From: an uncultured Planctomycetia bacterium
Lineage (GTDB): Bacteria > Planctomycetota > MHYJ01 > CAYXQY01
DNA: 48,503 nucleotides
NCBI GenBank assembly: GCA_964594615.1
Contig: CAZQNZ010000002.1
Coordinates: 1-48,503, forward strand
Reading direction: 5' to 3'
Shown: piece by piece, positions 34,820 through 43,951 of the stretch
Position numbering within the stretch: position 1 is the stretch's first letter
Layout: every line of letters begins with the position of its first letter
Program-made: the position numbers and the translations under genes
The notes under the pieces: model-generated
Seen by the model: only the letters and a program-made list of their open reading frames with translations
Databases searched by the model: none
Told to the model about the DNA's origin: nothing

Positions 34820-37800
34820 GTGAGCCACCCAACTGACATTCTCTCTCTCATTGATGGGCTGAAAGCACAATCGACGTTTCAGCACATCCAGGAGCGTATA
34901 CAGAATCAGAAGGGGGTTCGTGTGGGGGGGCTCTCGGGCGGCTCATCCAGTCTTCTTACTGCCACGCTGGCGGATGTGTTTTCTTCGAAGCATTTCCTCC
35001 TCCTTACCCCCGGCGAGCGGGAGGCCTCCGAGCGAACACGCGAACTGAACCGGCTTTACACATGCAACGCACTCAAAATTCCCCCTCACTCCTCCCCGGA
35101 GGACAACACGGCCGATCCCACCCGATCACGATCAAGTCGATTATCCGCCATCATCGATCTGAACAACCGAGGGTCCAACCCCACCCTTCTCGTCTGTTCG
35201 TTACTCTCACTTATGCAGACGGTGCCCACGCCGTCCTCCATCAATCTGGTCCGTCATACGGTTGAGACGGGAGATGAACTTGAACGGGACGATTTCCTGG
35301 AGCAACTCGCAGATCGTGGGTACGTTCGAACCGACCGGGTCGTTATGGCCGGTGAATTTGCCGCCCGGGGTGGGGTCGTCGATCTGTTTCCGGAGGGGAT
35401 TGGCGAACCCGTTCGACTGGAGTTCTTCGGTGATGAACTCTCCTCGATTCGTACCTTTGATCCGGGCACACAGGAATCGCGGGAACACCGGGAACGGATC
35501 CAGTTCACGCTCGTCAATCGCAATGTGCTGAATGATCAGATGGCCATCCGCCCGGGGCCCTCCCTGCTCGACCTCCTCGACGAACCTCCCCTCAGTATCT
35601 GGCTGGAACCGAACCGGATCCTCGAGAAAGCCAACAAAATGAAACGATACCACGAGGACGAATCCGCACACGAACGATACACGGAACTGTCCATGCACCC
35701 GGCGTTCGATCAGCGCATCGACCTTTCGTCCGTCGCCCTGTCCGACGCCGAAGACGTCATTAACGTCCAGTGCGGGACCCTCTCCTCCATCGGAGACACG
35801 GAAGATCAGGTCACCCAGCGCCTCGAAACCCTCTCCGGGGAAGCATCCAGCGTGCTCGTGGCCTGCCCGACGGAGGGAGAAGAACAGCGGCTGCGAGAAC
35901 TGCTTGTGGAACAGAATCTTCCCATCGACGAACAGATCCATACCGTCCGGGGACCGCTGTCCGGCGGGTTCCTGTGGTCGGCGCTCGACACGGCGGTCAC
36001 CAGCCGTGAACACACGGATTTCGAGTCGGAGGAATCCGGTTCCCTGCCTGCTCGTGCTGCCGGGACCCGTCCCATCGACGACTTCCTTGACTTACAAGCC
36101 GGGGATTACGTGGTACACGAAGACCACGGCATCGCGAGGTACGGCGGCATGAAAACCGTCGAAAAAGACGGTGATGAACGGGATGTGCTCAAACTGTATT
36201 TCAAGGATTCCGTGCTGCTGGAAGTCCCCGAAACCCAGGTGCATCGCGTGCAGAAATACCTTGGCGCCGGCAAAGGCAAACCAACACTCAGCAAACTGGG
36301 CGGGGACCGGTGGGAGAAGAAGAAAGAAGAAGTCAGCGAATCCATCCGGGAGCTGGGCAAAGAACTCATCGAGCTACAGGCGGTTCGAGAACAGGGCATC
36401 GGCCACGCCTGCAAACCGGACACGGAATGGCAGGCGGAATTCGAAGCGGCTTTCCCGCACCGGGAAACCCCCGATCAGGAACGGATCAATACGATGATCA
36501 AGCAAAAAATGGAATCGCCCACGCCGATGGACCTTCTGCTGACCGGGGACGTCGGATTCGGTAAAACCGAACTGGCCATGCGGGCCGCGTTCAAGATGGT
36601 GATGGAGGGCAAACAGGTGGCCATGATGACCCCCACCACCGTCCTCACCCAGCAACACGTCCGCACCTTCCGTGAACGCATGGGCCCCTATCCGATACAG
36701 ATACAGCCACTGAGTCGCTTTCAAACCGGCTCAGAACAGCGGGAAACGATCGAAACGATTGAATCGGGCCAGACGGATATTGTTGTCGGAACACATCGCC
36801 TGTTGTCGGACGACATTACGTTCGACGACCTCGGACTGGTCATCATCGACGAGGAGCAGCGATTCGGTGTCGAACACAAGCAGAAGATGAAACGGCTGCG
36901 TGCCACCGTCGACGTGCTCACCATGACGGCAACGCCGATCCCACGCAGCTTGCACATGGCGCTGCTGGGAATTCGGGACATCGCCACCCTGCGAACGCCG
37001 CCGGAAGGACGTCGAAACATTAAGACCAATGTCATTCCCCACGATGAATCAAAGCTGCGGGACGCCCTGGTCCGCGAAATTGAACGGGATGGCCAGGCCT
37101 ACTATCTGCACAACCGCGTCAAAACCATCGAACGGGTTCGTGAGAAGGTGCAGGAACTGGTCCCCGATGCAACCGTCCGAACCGCTCACGGTCAGATGAA
37201 GGAAACGAACCTGAAACAGGTGATGTCCGATTTTTACGAACGGAACATTGATATCCTGGTCTGCACGACCATCATCGAATCCGGCATTGATCAAAAAAAC
37301 GTCAACACCCTGATCGTCGAAAACGCCGATCGATTCGGGCTCGCGGACCTCCACCAGCTCCGGGGACGAATCGGCCGCCACAAACGCCGCGGATACGCCT
37401 ATTTCGTCCTGCCCCGTGATCGCTCCATCACGCCCGTCGCCCGGCGGCGCCTCGAGGCGATCGAGGAGTACTCGGACCTCGGCTCGGGCTTCAAACTTGC
37501 CATGCGGGATCTCGAAATACGGGGGGCGGGTCGCATTCTCGGGAAGAAACAGAGCGGCCACATCGACAAGGTGGGATACGATCTGTACTGCAAACTGCTG
37601 GAGCGGGAGATGAAACGTCTCAAAGACGAGGACCTGCCCCCTGCTCCGGACCCATCGATCCAGCTTTCAATGGACGTACGCATTCCGGACGACTACGCGG
37701 GCAACAAAAACAATCGCATGCGTATTTACCGCCGGTTCGGGCGCTGTGATTCGGAAGAGGAGCTGGATGCACTCCTGGACGAATTAACCGATCAGTACGG

Positions 37801-38101
37801 ACAGGAACTTCCGGACGCCGTCCTAAACCTTGCCCGGCAAACCCGGCTCCGAATGCGTGCCGCTTCACTGGGCATTCGATCCATTTCGGAGGGAGATGAC
37901 CTGTTTATTCTGCGATTCAACAAGGAAGAACGCATCAAACCCCTTCTCCGTCAGTTCCCCGACCAGGTTCGAAAAACCGGAGAGGACAAGTTCTACGTCT
38001 ACCGGCAATCCGGGACGAGCGAAGAAACGGATGCACTCGAAACACTGCTGAATCTACTGGACGAGTCCAACATACCCGAACCGGTCCCCTCCCCCAGCTA
38101 G
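34820..38101 (+). CDS. mfd: Transcription-repair coupling factor
   Basis: 1093-aa ORF with a GTG start. DYVVHEDHGIARYGG (CarD-like block), LTGDVGFGKTELAMRAAF (Walker A), IIDEEQRFGV, LTMTATPIPRSL and HQLRGRIGR are present. Confidence 0.95.
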   Translation: MSHPTDILSLIDGLKAQSTFQHIQERIQNQKGVRVGGLSGGSSSLLTATLADVFSSKHFLLLTPGEREASERTRELNRLYTCNALKIPPHSSPEDNTADPTRSRSSRLSAIIDLNNRGSNPTLLVCSLLSLMQTVPTPSSINLVRHTVETGDELERDDFLEQLADRGYVRTDRVVMAGEFAARGGVVDLFPEGIGEPVRLEFFGDELSSIRTFDPGTQESREHRERIQFTLVNRNVLNDQMAIRPGPSLLDLLDEPPLSIWLEPNRILEKANKMKRYHEDESAHERYTELSMHPAFDQRIDLSSVALSDAEDVINVQCGTLSSIGDTEDQVTQRLETLSGEASSVLVACPTEGEEQRLRELLVEQNLPIDEQIHTVRGPLSGGFLWSALDTAVTSREHTDFESEESGSLPARAAGTRPIDDFLDLQAGDYVVHEDHGIARYGGMKTVEKDGDERDVLKLYFKDSVLLEVPETQVHRVQKYLGAGKGKPTLSKLGGDRWEKKKEEVSESIRELGKELIELQAVREQGIGHACKPDTEWQAEFEAAFPHRETPDQERINTMIKQKMESPTPMDLLLTGDVGFGKTELAMRAAFKMVMEGKQVAMMTPTTVLTQQHVRTFRERMGPYPIQIQPLSRFQTGSEQRETIETIESGQTDIVVGTHRLLSDDITFDDLGLVIIDEEQRFGVEHKQKMKRLRATVDVLTMTATPIPRSLHMALLGIRDIATLRTPPEGRRNIKTNVIPHDESKLRDALVREIERDGQAYYLHNRVKTIERVREKVQELVPDATVRTAHGQMKETNLKQVMSDFYERNIDILVCTTIIESGIDQKNVNTLIVENADRFGLADLHQLRGRIGRHKRRGYAYFVLPRDRSITPVARRRLEAIEEYSDLGSGFKLAMRDLEIRGAGRILGKKQSGHIDKVGYDLYCKLLEREMKRLKDEDLPPAPDPSIQLSMDVRIPDDYAGNKNNRMRIYRRFGRCDSEEELDALLDELTDQYGQELPDAVLNLARQTRLRMRAASLGIRSISEGDDLFILRFNKEERIKPLLRQFPDQVRKTGEDKFYVYRQSGTSEETDALETLLNLLDESNIPEPVPSPS

Positions 38102-38116
38102 CCCCAAGCATTTTTA

Positions 38117-38277
38117 CAGAGCCCCGAACGTAAGAGAGGGCCAGAGATGAGACTGAAAGGGCCAGAGAGGGGCCAGAGTGGAGACTGAGAGGGACAGAGA
38201 GGAGTAGAAGGACATACATATAATTCAAACGTTGATTCATGGATTTTTTTAGCCCCTCTGTGACCTTCGGGGCTCTG
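38117..38277. repeat. Inverted-repeat-bounded element with internal GGGCCAGAG tandem repeats
   Basis: CAGAGCCCCGAA (38117-38128) is the perfect reverse complement of TTCGGGGCTCTG (38266-38277). A second arm AGAGGG/CCCTCT lies just inside. The interior holds GGGCCAGAG at 38138, 38159 and 38170, GGGACAGAG at 38191, and GAGACTGA twice. Confidence 0.5.
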
Positions 38278-38406
38278 CAAATGGTTAATTCGACCAATCG
38301 AATTTTTCACGACAAACGACCGCCACGCAAAGGAAAAGGCACGACCTGAATCCCAGACGCTGCGGTAGCATTGCGAATAAAACCTCATCAGGAGAACAAC
38401 AACTAC

Positions 38407-39249
38407 ATGAACAACCTCCAGGCCCACTCGATCACGGACACCACCCGTCTCCTTGAACCGGAGCAAGGACCGGTTCTGCTCCAATCAAATGCCTGGCATC
38501 CAGCCGGACCTCCCCACGCGTTCACCACCCACCGATCCACAATGAATAACCTGGACCGGCCGGACATGGTCACGCATACCGGTTCCGACCCGGACCACGT
38601 CGCGCGCAGCCAGCAAGCCGTGCGCTCTTCGCCGCTGTTGCCGGATGTGCCCATGGTTCGGGCGGAACAGGTGCATGGAGCACGTGTAGCCCGAGTCTCC
38701 ACCCCGGACCGATCGCCGGGGAATACCGGAAACGTCTCGGTTGTGAACGACGTGGACGGCGTCATCACCGGCTCCGAGGACCTGTTGCTCATGGCCCATT
38801 CAGCAGACTGTCCGATCGTCTTCCTGTATGCCGACGAAGCGGTCGGCCTGCTGCATGCGTCCTGGAAGGGAATTGCCGGGGGCATCCCCGGCAACGGTGT
38901 AAAGCAAATGACCGAACAGTTCTCCTCGGACCCGGCGCAGATGGAGGCCTTCATTTCCCCCTCCATACATAGCTGTTGTTACGAGGTGCAGGCGGACTTC
39001 CGGCAGGAGATGTGTTCGCGCAGCCCGGTCACGCGTCCCTGTTTCCTGACCCGTGGTGATTCCCTGTACTTCGATCTGCAGGACGCCATCACCCGTCAAC
39101 TGCAAGACGCGGGGATGCCTGCCGGGCGGATCACCGACGCCGGGTTATGCAGCCGCTGTCGAGAAGACCTGCTGTATTCCTACCGGCGAAGCGGTGTGAC
39201 CACCGGCCGAACGGCCGGCCTGATCGCGAGGCCCGGAACGTGCCGGTGA
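38407..39249 (+). CDS. pgeF: Polyphenol-oxidase-like / peptidoglycan editing factor family protein (YfiH/PgeF, DUF152)
   Basis: From the ATG at 38407, with AGGAGA 11 nt upstream. HAFTTHRS, MAHSADCPIVFLY, LLHASWKGIAGG, SCCYEV and CSRCREDLLYSYRR are present. The track ORF start at 38371 is a non-ATG codon. Confidence 0.85.
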   Translation: MNNLQAHSITDTTRLLEPEQGPVLLQSNAWHPAGPPHAFTTHRSTMNNLDRPDMVTHTGSDPDHVARSQQAVRSSPLLPDVPMVRAEQVHGARVARVSTPDRSPGNTGNVSVVNDVDGVITGSEDLLLMAHSADCPIVFLYADEAVGLLHASWKGIAGGIPGNGVKQMTEQFSSDPAQMEAFISPSIHSCCYEVQADFRQEMCSRSPVTRPCFLTRGDSLYFDLQDAITRQLQDAGMPAGRITDAGLCSRCREDLLYSYRRSGVTTGRTAGLIARPGTCR

Positions 39250-39390
39250 TCTCCGTACCACTCCTCGGAATGGAATTCCCCTTCTGATCTCCTGATTGTC
39301 AATTTCTCACCACAAAAACAGAAGGGATCGTTCTATGCCAATCCATTCTCTCGCCGTCGCTCGAGAACCCGTTCTCACAAATACGCTGAA

Positions 39391-39834
39391 CCCCCGGGCT
39401 GCACTTCGTTTGCCCGGGGCTTGTCTGATGAGTTCTCCATAAAACATGCAGGAAGGAGTGTTCCCGGAGGAAGGATCAGAGAACCCCGGATCCGGGGTTC
39501 TCTGACTCGAGGTCCGGGGCTAGGAGGCTGTCCCGGCCCGTTGAACCGGTTTCATGCGTAAGGCATCAACCGAGGGTAAATTTGAGGGCGGGCCCGAAGG
39601 GTCCAGACGGGTTAGCCCAGGGCAAACCGTCAAAGACGGTGCAGCCCTGGGAATCGATTGGGTTAGATCGATAAAAACGCGTCCTGAAGGGCGCTACATC
39701 GTAATTATACAATCGTACAATGGTCGGTACGGCGGAGCATCATCTATCGTGCCCTGGGTATCTTTCAGGACACGGGGAAGAGGTGATTCTGATCCCCGGG
39801 GCCGCGTCGGCCTTTGGCCTCCTTGCCCCGGGCT
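39391..39834. repeat. Cluster of REP-like GC-rich hairpins (family arms AGCCCNGGGCAA ... GCNGCCCNGGG) plus a perfect 28-nt palindrome
   Basis: Copies at 39391-39420 (minus orientation), 39614-39651 (plus) and 39794-39834 (minus). The palindrome CAGAGAACCCCGGATCCGGGGTTCTCTG lies at 39477-39504. Small GNRA-type hairpins GGGCCCGAAGGGTCC and GCGTCCTGAAGGGCGC are also present. All were read directly. Confidence 0.5.
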
Positions 39835-40145
39835 TCCCTGTCCCGGCCCTCCGGGCCGAGTGGCTTCCGCAAATTTCAACGTCCGCGAGGCAATGCATCG
39901 ACATGGAACGTACCATACAATCCAAATACATGCGCATGATCATTACTCACCCGTTCGTTCCGAGCGTGCGGGTTTCAGGGTTTCATGTCTAACCGACAGG
40001 CATGGCGGCGTTCACGGTTTCTTCACCGACAGGTGAGCAATGACCCTGATTGAACAGGCCGTCGAAGCCATTCGAATGAAACCACCGGATTCCTTAACAT
40101 GTTGAACTCCATTTCGCCCTCCTGCAGGAACGTGAGGATAAACGT

Positions 40146-41117
40146 ATGAAACAGATCGAAGAACTTCAGGAATTCGACGATACGCCCGACATGGCGTATC
40201 GCACACTCGCCCCCAGTGGCCTCCGTGTATCCGTCATCGGATTCGGCACCTGGGCGGTTGGGGGAATCAAATGGGGGGAGACGGATCCGGAAGAAGCACT
40301 TGAGGTCATGCACCACGCCCTTGATCGGGGCATCAACCTGTTTGATACCGCTCCCGTCTACGGGCGAGGTCGGTCAGAAACCCTGCTCGGGAAGGTCGCG
40401 GAGGAGCGACGGGACGAGCTGGTCATTGCAACCAAAGCCGGACTTCGAATTCGCCGGGACGGCTCCTTCTGCTGCGACACGCGGCCGGAGGCGTTGCAGG
40501 AGGACCTCGACCGTTCTCGCACCCGTCTCCAATCCGACACGATTGACCTGCTGCAGGTGCACTGGCCTCCCGAGGAGGGCCTCTCCTCCGCCGCACTCTC
40601 CAAACTGGATGACATGCGGAATAGCGGCATGGTCCGGGCCCTCGGCGTCTGTCACTTCCCGCTGCGCAAGCTCAGATCCGTCCAGGACATGCTTCCCCTC
40701 GACACCGTCCAACTGCGGTTCAACATGCTTCAAACCGATCTTTTTGAGGAGGAACGTTCCTTCTGCCGGAATCAGGACCTCCCAATCCTCAGCTGCACAT
40801 CTCTTGGCAAAGGCCTGCTCACCGGAAAATACGAACAGCGTCCACACTTCCCCGAACTGGATAACCGACATGGGGATCCGCTCTTTGATCCGGACCAGTT
40901 CCCTTTACACCTCGAACATCTCGAACAGGTGCTGGAGGTTGCGGAAGACGTGGAAAAACCTGCATCTGCGGTCACGCTTAACTGGACGCATCAACAATCC
41001 GGCATCACCTCCGCACTGGCCGGCATGAAGACCCGCGAACAGGTCGATCAGAACGTGCAAGCCGTGGATTGGGAACTGTCGGAGGAGCAGATGAACACGT
41101 TAACCAGCGGTCAATAA
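40146..41117 (+). CDS. Aldo/keto reductase
   Basis: 323-aa ORF. GFGTWAVGG, INLFDTAPVYGRGRSETLLG, IDLLQVHWP and GKGLLTGKY are present. Confidence 0.9.
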   Translation: MKQIEELQEFDDTPDMAYRTLAPSGLRVSVIGFGTWAVGGIKWGETDPEEALEVMHHALDRGINLFDTAPVYGRGRSETLLGKVAEERRDELVIATKAGLRIRRDGSFCCDTRPEALQEDLDRSRTRLQSDTIDLLQVHWPPEEGLSSAALSKLDDMRNSGMVRALGVCHFPLRKLRSVQDMLPLDTVQLRFNMLQTDLFEEERSFCRNQDLPILSCTSLGKGLLTGKYEQRPHFPELDNRHGDPLFDPDQFPLHLEHLEQVLEVAEDVEKPASAVTLNWTHQQSGITSALAGMKTREQVDQNVQAVDWELSEEQMNTLTSGQ

Positions 41118-41227
41118 ATCGCCTCCCTGCCTTCCCCGGCCCCCTGATGCATGCGACCCTCCTTTTTTTCGGTCCGCTCGAAGGCAGATCAAACGAATGG
41201 ACTTGACGAAATGCACATGACCAAAAC

Positions 41228-41256
41228 TTGATTTTACCCCTGTTTCGAGTTATCAT
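41228..41256 (+). promoter_or_regulatory. Candidate sigma70-type promoter for the ferritin gene
   Basis: TTGATT (41228-41233), 17-nt spacer, TATCAT (41251-41256), about 105 nt upstream of the ATG at 41361. Sequence match only. Confidence 0.25.
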
Positions 41257-41360
41257 GCCCCGATGCAATAAATTTTGACTGATTCCTTTTCACACCACTC
41301 GAGCCAACGCTCGTTCTCACGATTCGATCAGCCCTTAACACCAATTCCATCCAGAGAATC

Positions 41361-41876
41361 ATGATTAGTGACGAACTTGCCGACGCGCTGAACGAACAGA
41401 TTAAAACGGAACTTGAAGCATCCGCTCTATACCTCGGAATGGGAGCATATTTTCGCGAGAATGATTGGCCCGGATTTGCCGCCTTCGTTGAAGAACAATC
41501 CGCGGAGGAGCGGGAACATGCCATGAAACTTTATCACTTTCTCGACGAAGTGGGAAAAGATATCTCCATTCCCGCCGTCGACGCGCCGAAAATGGATTAC
41601 GACTCCGTTCAGGAAGTGTTCGAACGGGCCCTGGAGGCGGAACAGAACAACACGCAGTCGTTTCACGATCTCCAGGCCATTGCCAATGAGAACAACGATA
41701 ACGCGGCCAACAGTCTCCTGCAATGGTTCCACGACGAACAGGTGGAGGAGGAAAATCACATTGAGGACATCCTCGTTCCGATCCAGCGAACGGATGGCGA
41801 CGAACGGTTCCTGAACGTGCTGGACAAGGACCTTGAGGACGAACACGGCGGATTGAACGGCGGGGATGAAGAATAA
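41361..41876 (+). CDS. Ferritin (non-haem, Ftn-type) with acidic C-terminal tail
   Basis: 171-aa ORF. LNEQIKTELEASALYLGMGAYF, EEQSAEEREHAMKLYHFL, ALEAEQNNTQSF and LQWFHDEQVEEE contain the ferroxidase-centre Glu/His pattern. Confidence 0.9.
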   Translation: MISDELADALNEQIKTELEASALYLGMGAYFRENDWPGFAAFVEEQSAEEREHAMKLYHFLDEVGKDISIPAVDAPKMDYDSVQEVFERALEAEQNNTQSFHDLQAIANENNDNAANSLLQWFHDEQVEEENHIEDILVPIQRTDGDERFLNVLDKDLEDEHGGLNGGDEE

Positions 41877-41950
41877 CCCCTGCATCTCCCCGTTCCGTCC
41901 CTCCGATCCGATGGATCGACTCCTCCTTTACATCATGGTGAGGCTCCCTC

Positions 41951-42625
41951 ATGTCCCGTTTCTACGCGAACATCCATGTCCGAAACGAGTCCCGCGAGCA
42001 GATTCTGGAACACCTGTTTAATCTGCGGGGCGAACCCGAATCCATCGAGGAGGAGGTCAATGTGGCGTCGCTGAGGGATGCGCAGATGCTTTCACACGCC
42101 CACTCGGAGCAGTCGCGCATGTTGCTGTCCCCCTCCATCAACGGATGGGTCAGCATCTTCATCGAAGAGTTTATTGAGGGCGATGAAATCGCGGAGAACC
42201 TGTCGGAGCTGACGGACGATTGGACGGTGTTCCTCTGGGCGGATCCGGAACGGGCATGGGGGTATTCCATTTTCCGGGCGGGAGAGGAGTCGGACGAATT
42301 CGTGAACGACCTGTCCTACTACGATGGAACGGTGGACGACCACGACGAAGATCAGCTCTCCGGATCCCCCGATGTCTACAGTGAACTGCTGGAATCGCCG
42401 AATACCCTCAATGATCTGAAAAACATCCTGGAACTCGCTCGTCATGAAAGCATGAAGGACGAGGACGAATCCCAGGAACGACGCGCCGAACGGGTGTCCA
42501 ACGAATTCAGCATGTTCGGCGACGCCCTCGGGATTCCGCATGCCTCGACGGACTACCAGTACATCATTCAGGGAGACCAGAATGATTTGCTCCGGTGGGA
42601 CGAATTTGTACACGTGACCTTCTGA
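41951..42625 (+). CDS. Hypothetical, strongly acidic protein, 224 aa
   Basis: Clean ORF between the ferritin gene and the sucrase/ferredoxin-like gene, on the same strand. I recognise no motif. Confidence 0.5.
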   Translation: MSRFYANIHVRNESREQILEHLFNLRGEPESIEEEVNVASLRDAQMLSHAHSEQSRMLLSPSINGWVSIFIEEFIEGDEIAENLSELTDDWTVFLWADPERAWGYSIFRAGEESDEFVNDLSYYDGTVDDHDEDQLSGSPDVYSELLESPNTLNDLKNILELARHESMKDEDESQERRAERVSNEFSMFGDALGIPHASTDYQYIIQGDQNDLLRWDEFVHVTF

Positions 42626-42765
42626 CCCGATGCTCCCGCCCCGGGACTCTTTGCGACCCGGCTCCGGCCCAACAGTTACAACTGTTTTATCGGGATCCAT
42701 CCGGGGTCTTGTTCGATGAACCACGCGTCTTCAGCAATCACATCGATTTCGTTTCCTGCAGGCTC

Positions 42766-43761
42766 ATGTCAGATCACAACGGATCATCACTGCTCTGCTC
42801 CATTTTTTCCCGCCAGGAAGATGAAAAAATTATCGGTTCCGCCCGGGACGTCAAACGGTTTCTCTTTATGGAACTGGAAAAACCGTGGAGTGAATCCGCC
42901 CTGGACACCGATCACATTCCGGACGCCGTTACGTCCGCCTACGAAACGGCCTGTGATCAGGGCACGTTTGACGGAAAATTTCTCCCCATCGCCCCGGATC
43001 CGGCCTACAGCCGGGACGGATACGTCCGCTTGATCGATTTCCGCCGACCCGAGGGACCGTTCTCTCGGTACGAATCCGCTTCGTACCTGATCCCCGAACA
43101 GGAACTTGGAGAAGCTGCTCGTATACTGCTTGTGGATCAGGAGCGATTGGATGAACTTGAGCCGTATCGGCAGAGCGATACACCCACCCGGGAAATCATG
43201 GTCTGCACCCACATGGAACGGGACCCCTGTTGTGGCCATTTCGGTCCCCCGATTCATCAAGCCCTGCGAAACCACTTCGACGGAGAGGATCTCCGAACCT
43301 GGCAGGTCAGTCACGTGGGGGGACATCGGTACTGCCCGAACCTGATCTCCCTGCCCGACGGACGATACTGGGGACGCATGGAGCTTGCTCAACTGGATCA
43401 CTTTGTCAACCATACGGGAGCATTTTCCGATCTGGCCGAACAGTACCGCGGCTGGGCCGCGCTCTCGCCCCCCGAACAGATTGTGGAAAAGGCGGCCTTT
43501 CAACGAGAAGGATGGCCCTGGATCGATTACCGGAAGTCCTCATCCCTTTCCGAACTGGATTCCGACGAAACGAAGTTTCGCATCCGCATCCCGTATGAAT
43601 CCGACGGGTCGTCGGGTACGTACGAAGGGATTGTACGATTGTCCGAACCGGTCCGCGCATTGAAAAGCGAGTGCGGCTCGGACACGGACAATCCCTCCTT
43701 CAAGACGGCCCCCCAGTACGAACTCGTTGAGCTCAAACACACCTCCGAGGTCGATGAGTGA
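42766..43761 (+). CDS. Sucrase/ferredoxin-like family protein (thioredoxin-like [2Fe-2S] fold)
   Basis: From the ATG at 42766: MSDHNGSSLLCSIFSR..FLFMELEKPW. The Cys/His blocks VCTHMERDPCCGHFGP and SHVGGHRYCPNLISLPDGRYWGRM are typical of the Suc_Fer-like family. The track start at 42595 overlaps the upstream gene. Confidence 0.75.
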   Translation: MSDHNGSSLLCSIFSRQEDEKIIGSARDVKRFLFMELEKPWSESALDTDHIPDAVTSAYETACDQGTFDGKFLPIAPDPAYSRDGYVRLIDFRRPEGPFSRYESASYLIPEQELGEAARILLVDQERLDELEPYRQSDTPTREIMVCTHMERDPCCGHFGPPIHQALRNHFDGEDLRTWQVSHVGGHRYCPNLISLPDGRYWGRMELAQLDHFVNHTGAFSDLAEQYRGWAALSPPEQIVEKAAFQREGWPWIDYRKSSSLSELDSDETKFRIRIPYESDGSSGTYEGIVRLSEPVRALKSECGSDTDNPSFKTAPQYELVELKHTSEVDE

Positions 43762-43832
43762 TCAGATACGCAACGGGGCCGGTTCTTATACACCTGAAAT
43801 CACTGTATAACCCCTCCTTTCCCACAAACCGC

Positions 43833-43862
43833 TTGACCCGGAGCCCTCGAATACGGTATGAT
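43833..43862 (+). promoter_or_regulatory. Candidate sigma70-type promoter for the cupin gene
   Basis: TTGACC (43833-43838), 18-nt spacer, TATGAT (43857-43862), 90 nt upstream of the ATG at 43952. Confidence 0.3.
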
Positions 43863-43951
43863 ATTCAGCTACTGAGAGGAAACAATCTGATGAGGCTGGA
43901 TTGTACCTGTTTTTTGCCTGGATCCATCTCCCGTTCCGGAGAAACGTCAGT

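Noticed and set aside
39426-39433. CUGAUGAG, the hammerhead ribozyme core heptamer, next to a GC hairpin
   Set aside because: I could not build the required stem II followed by GAAA and a stem III with the cleavage triplet. The match is limited to the 8-mer, which is expected by chance in 48 kb.
39554-40036. 160-aa ORF in the large gap between pgeF and the aldo-keto reductase gene
   Set aside because: The translation is a G/R/P-rich read-through of GC-rich palindromes (..GRGDSDPRGRVGLWPPCPGLPCPGPPGRV..). It has no start context and no motif, so I treat the region as non-coding repeat DNA.
42595-42765. Upstream extension of the sucrase/ferredoxin-like ORF (track start 42595)
   Set aside because: It would overlap the preceding gene by 31 nt and add 57 residues that look non-coding. 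The ATG at 42766 gives an N-terminus consistent with the family. The same reasoning trimmed pdxJ (25643 to 25757), rnhB (45204 to 45369), prkA (46154 to 46259), the cupin (43901 to 43952) and the Brx-like gene (28209 to 28113).
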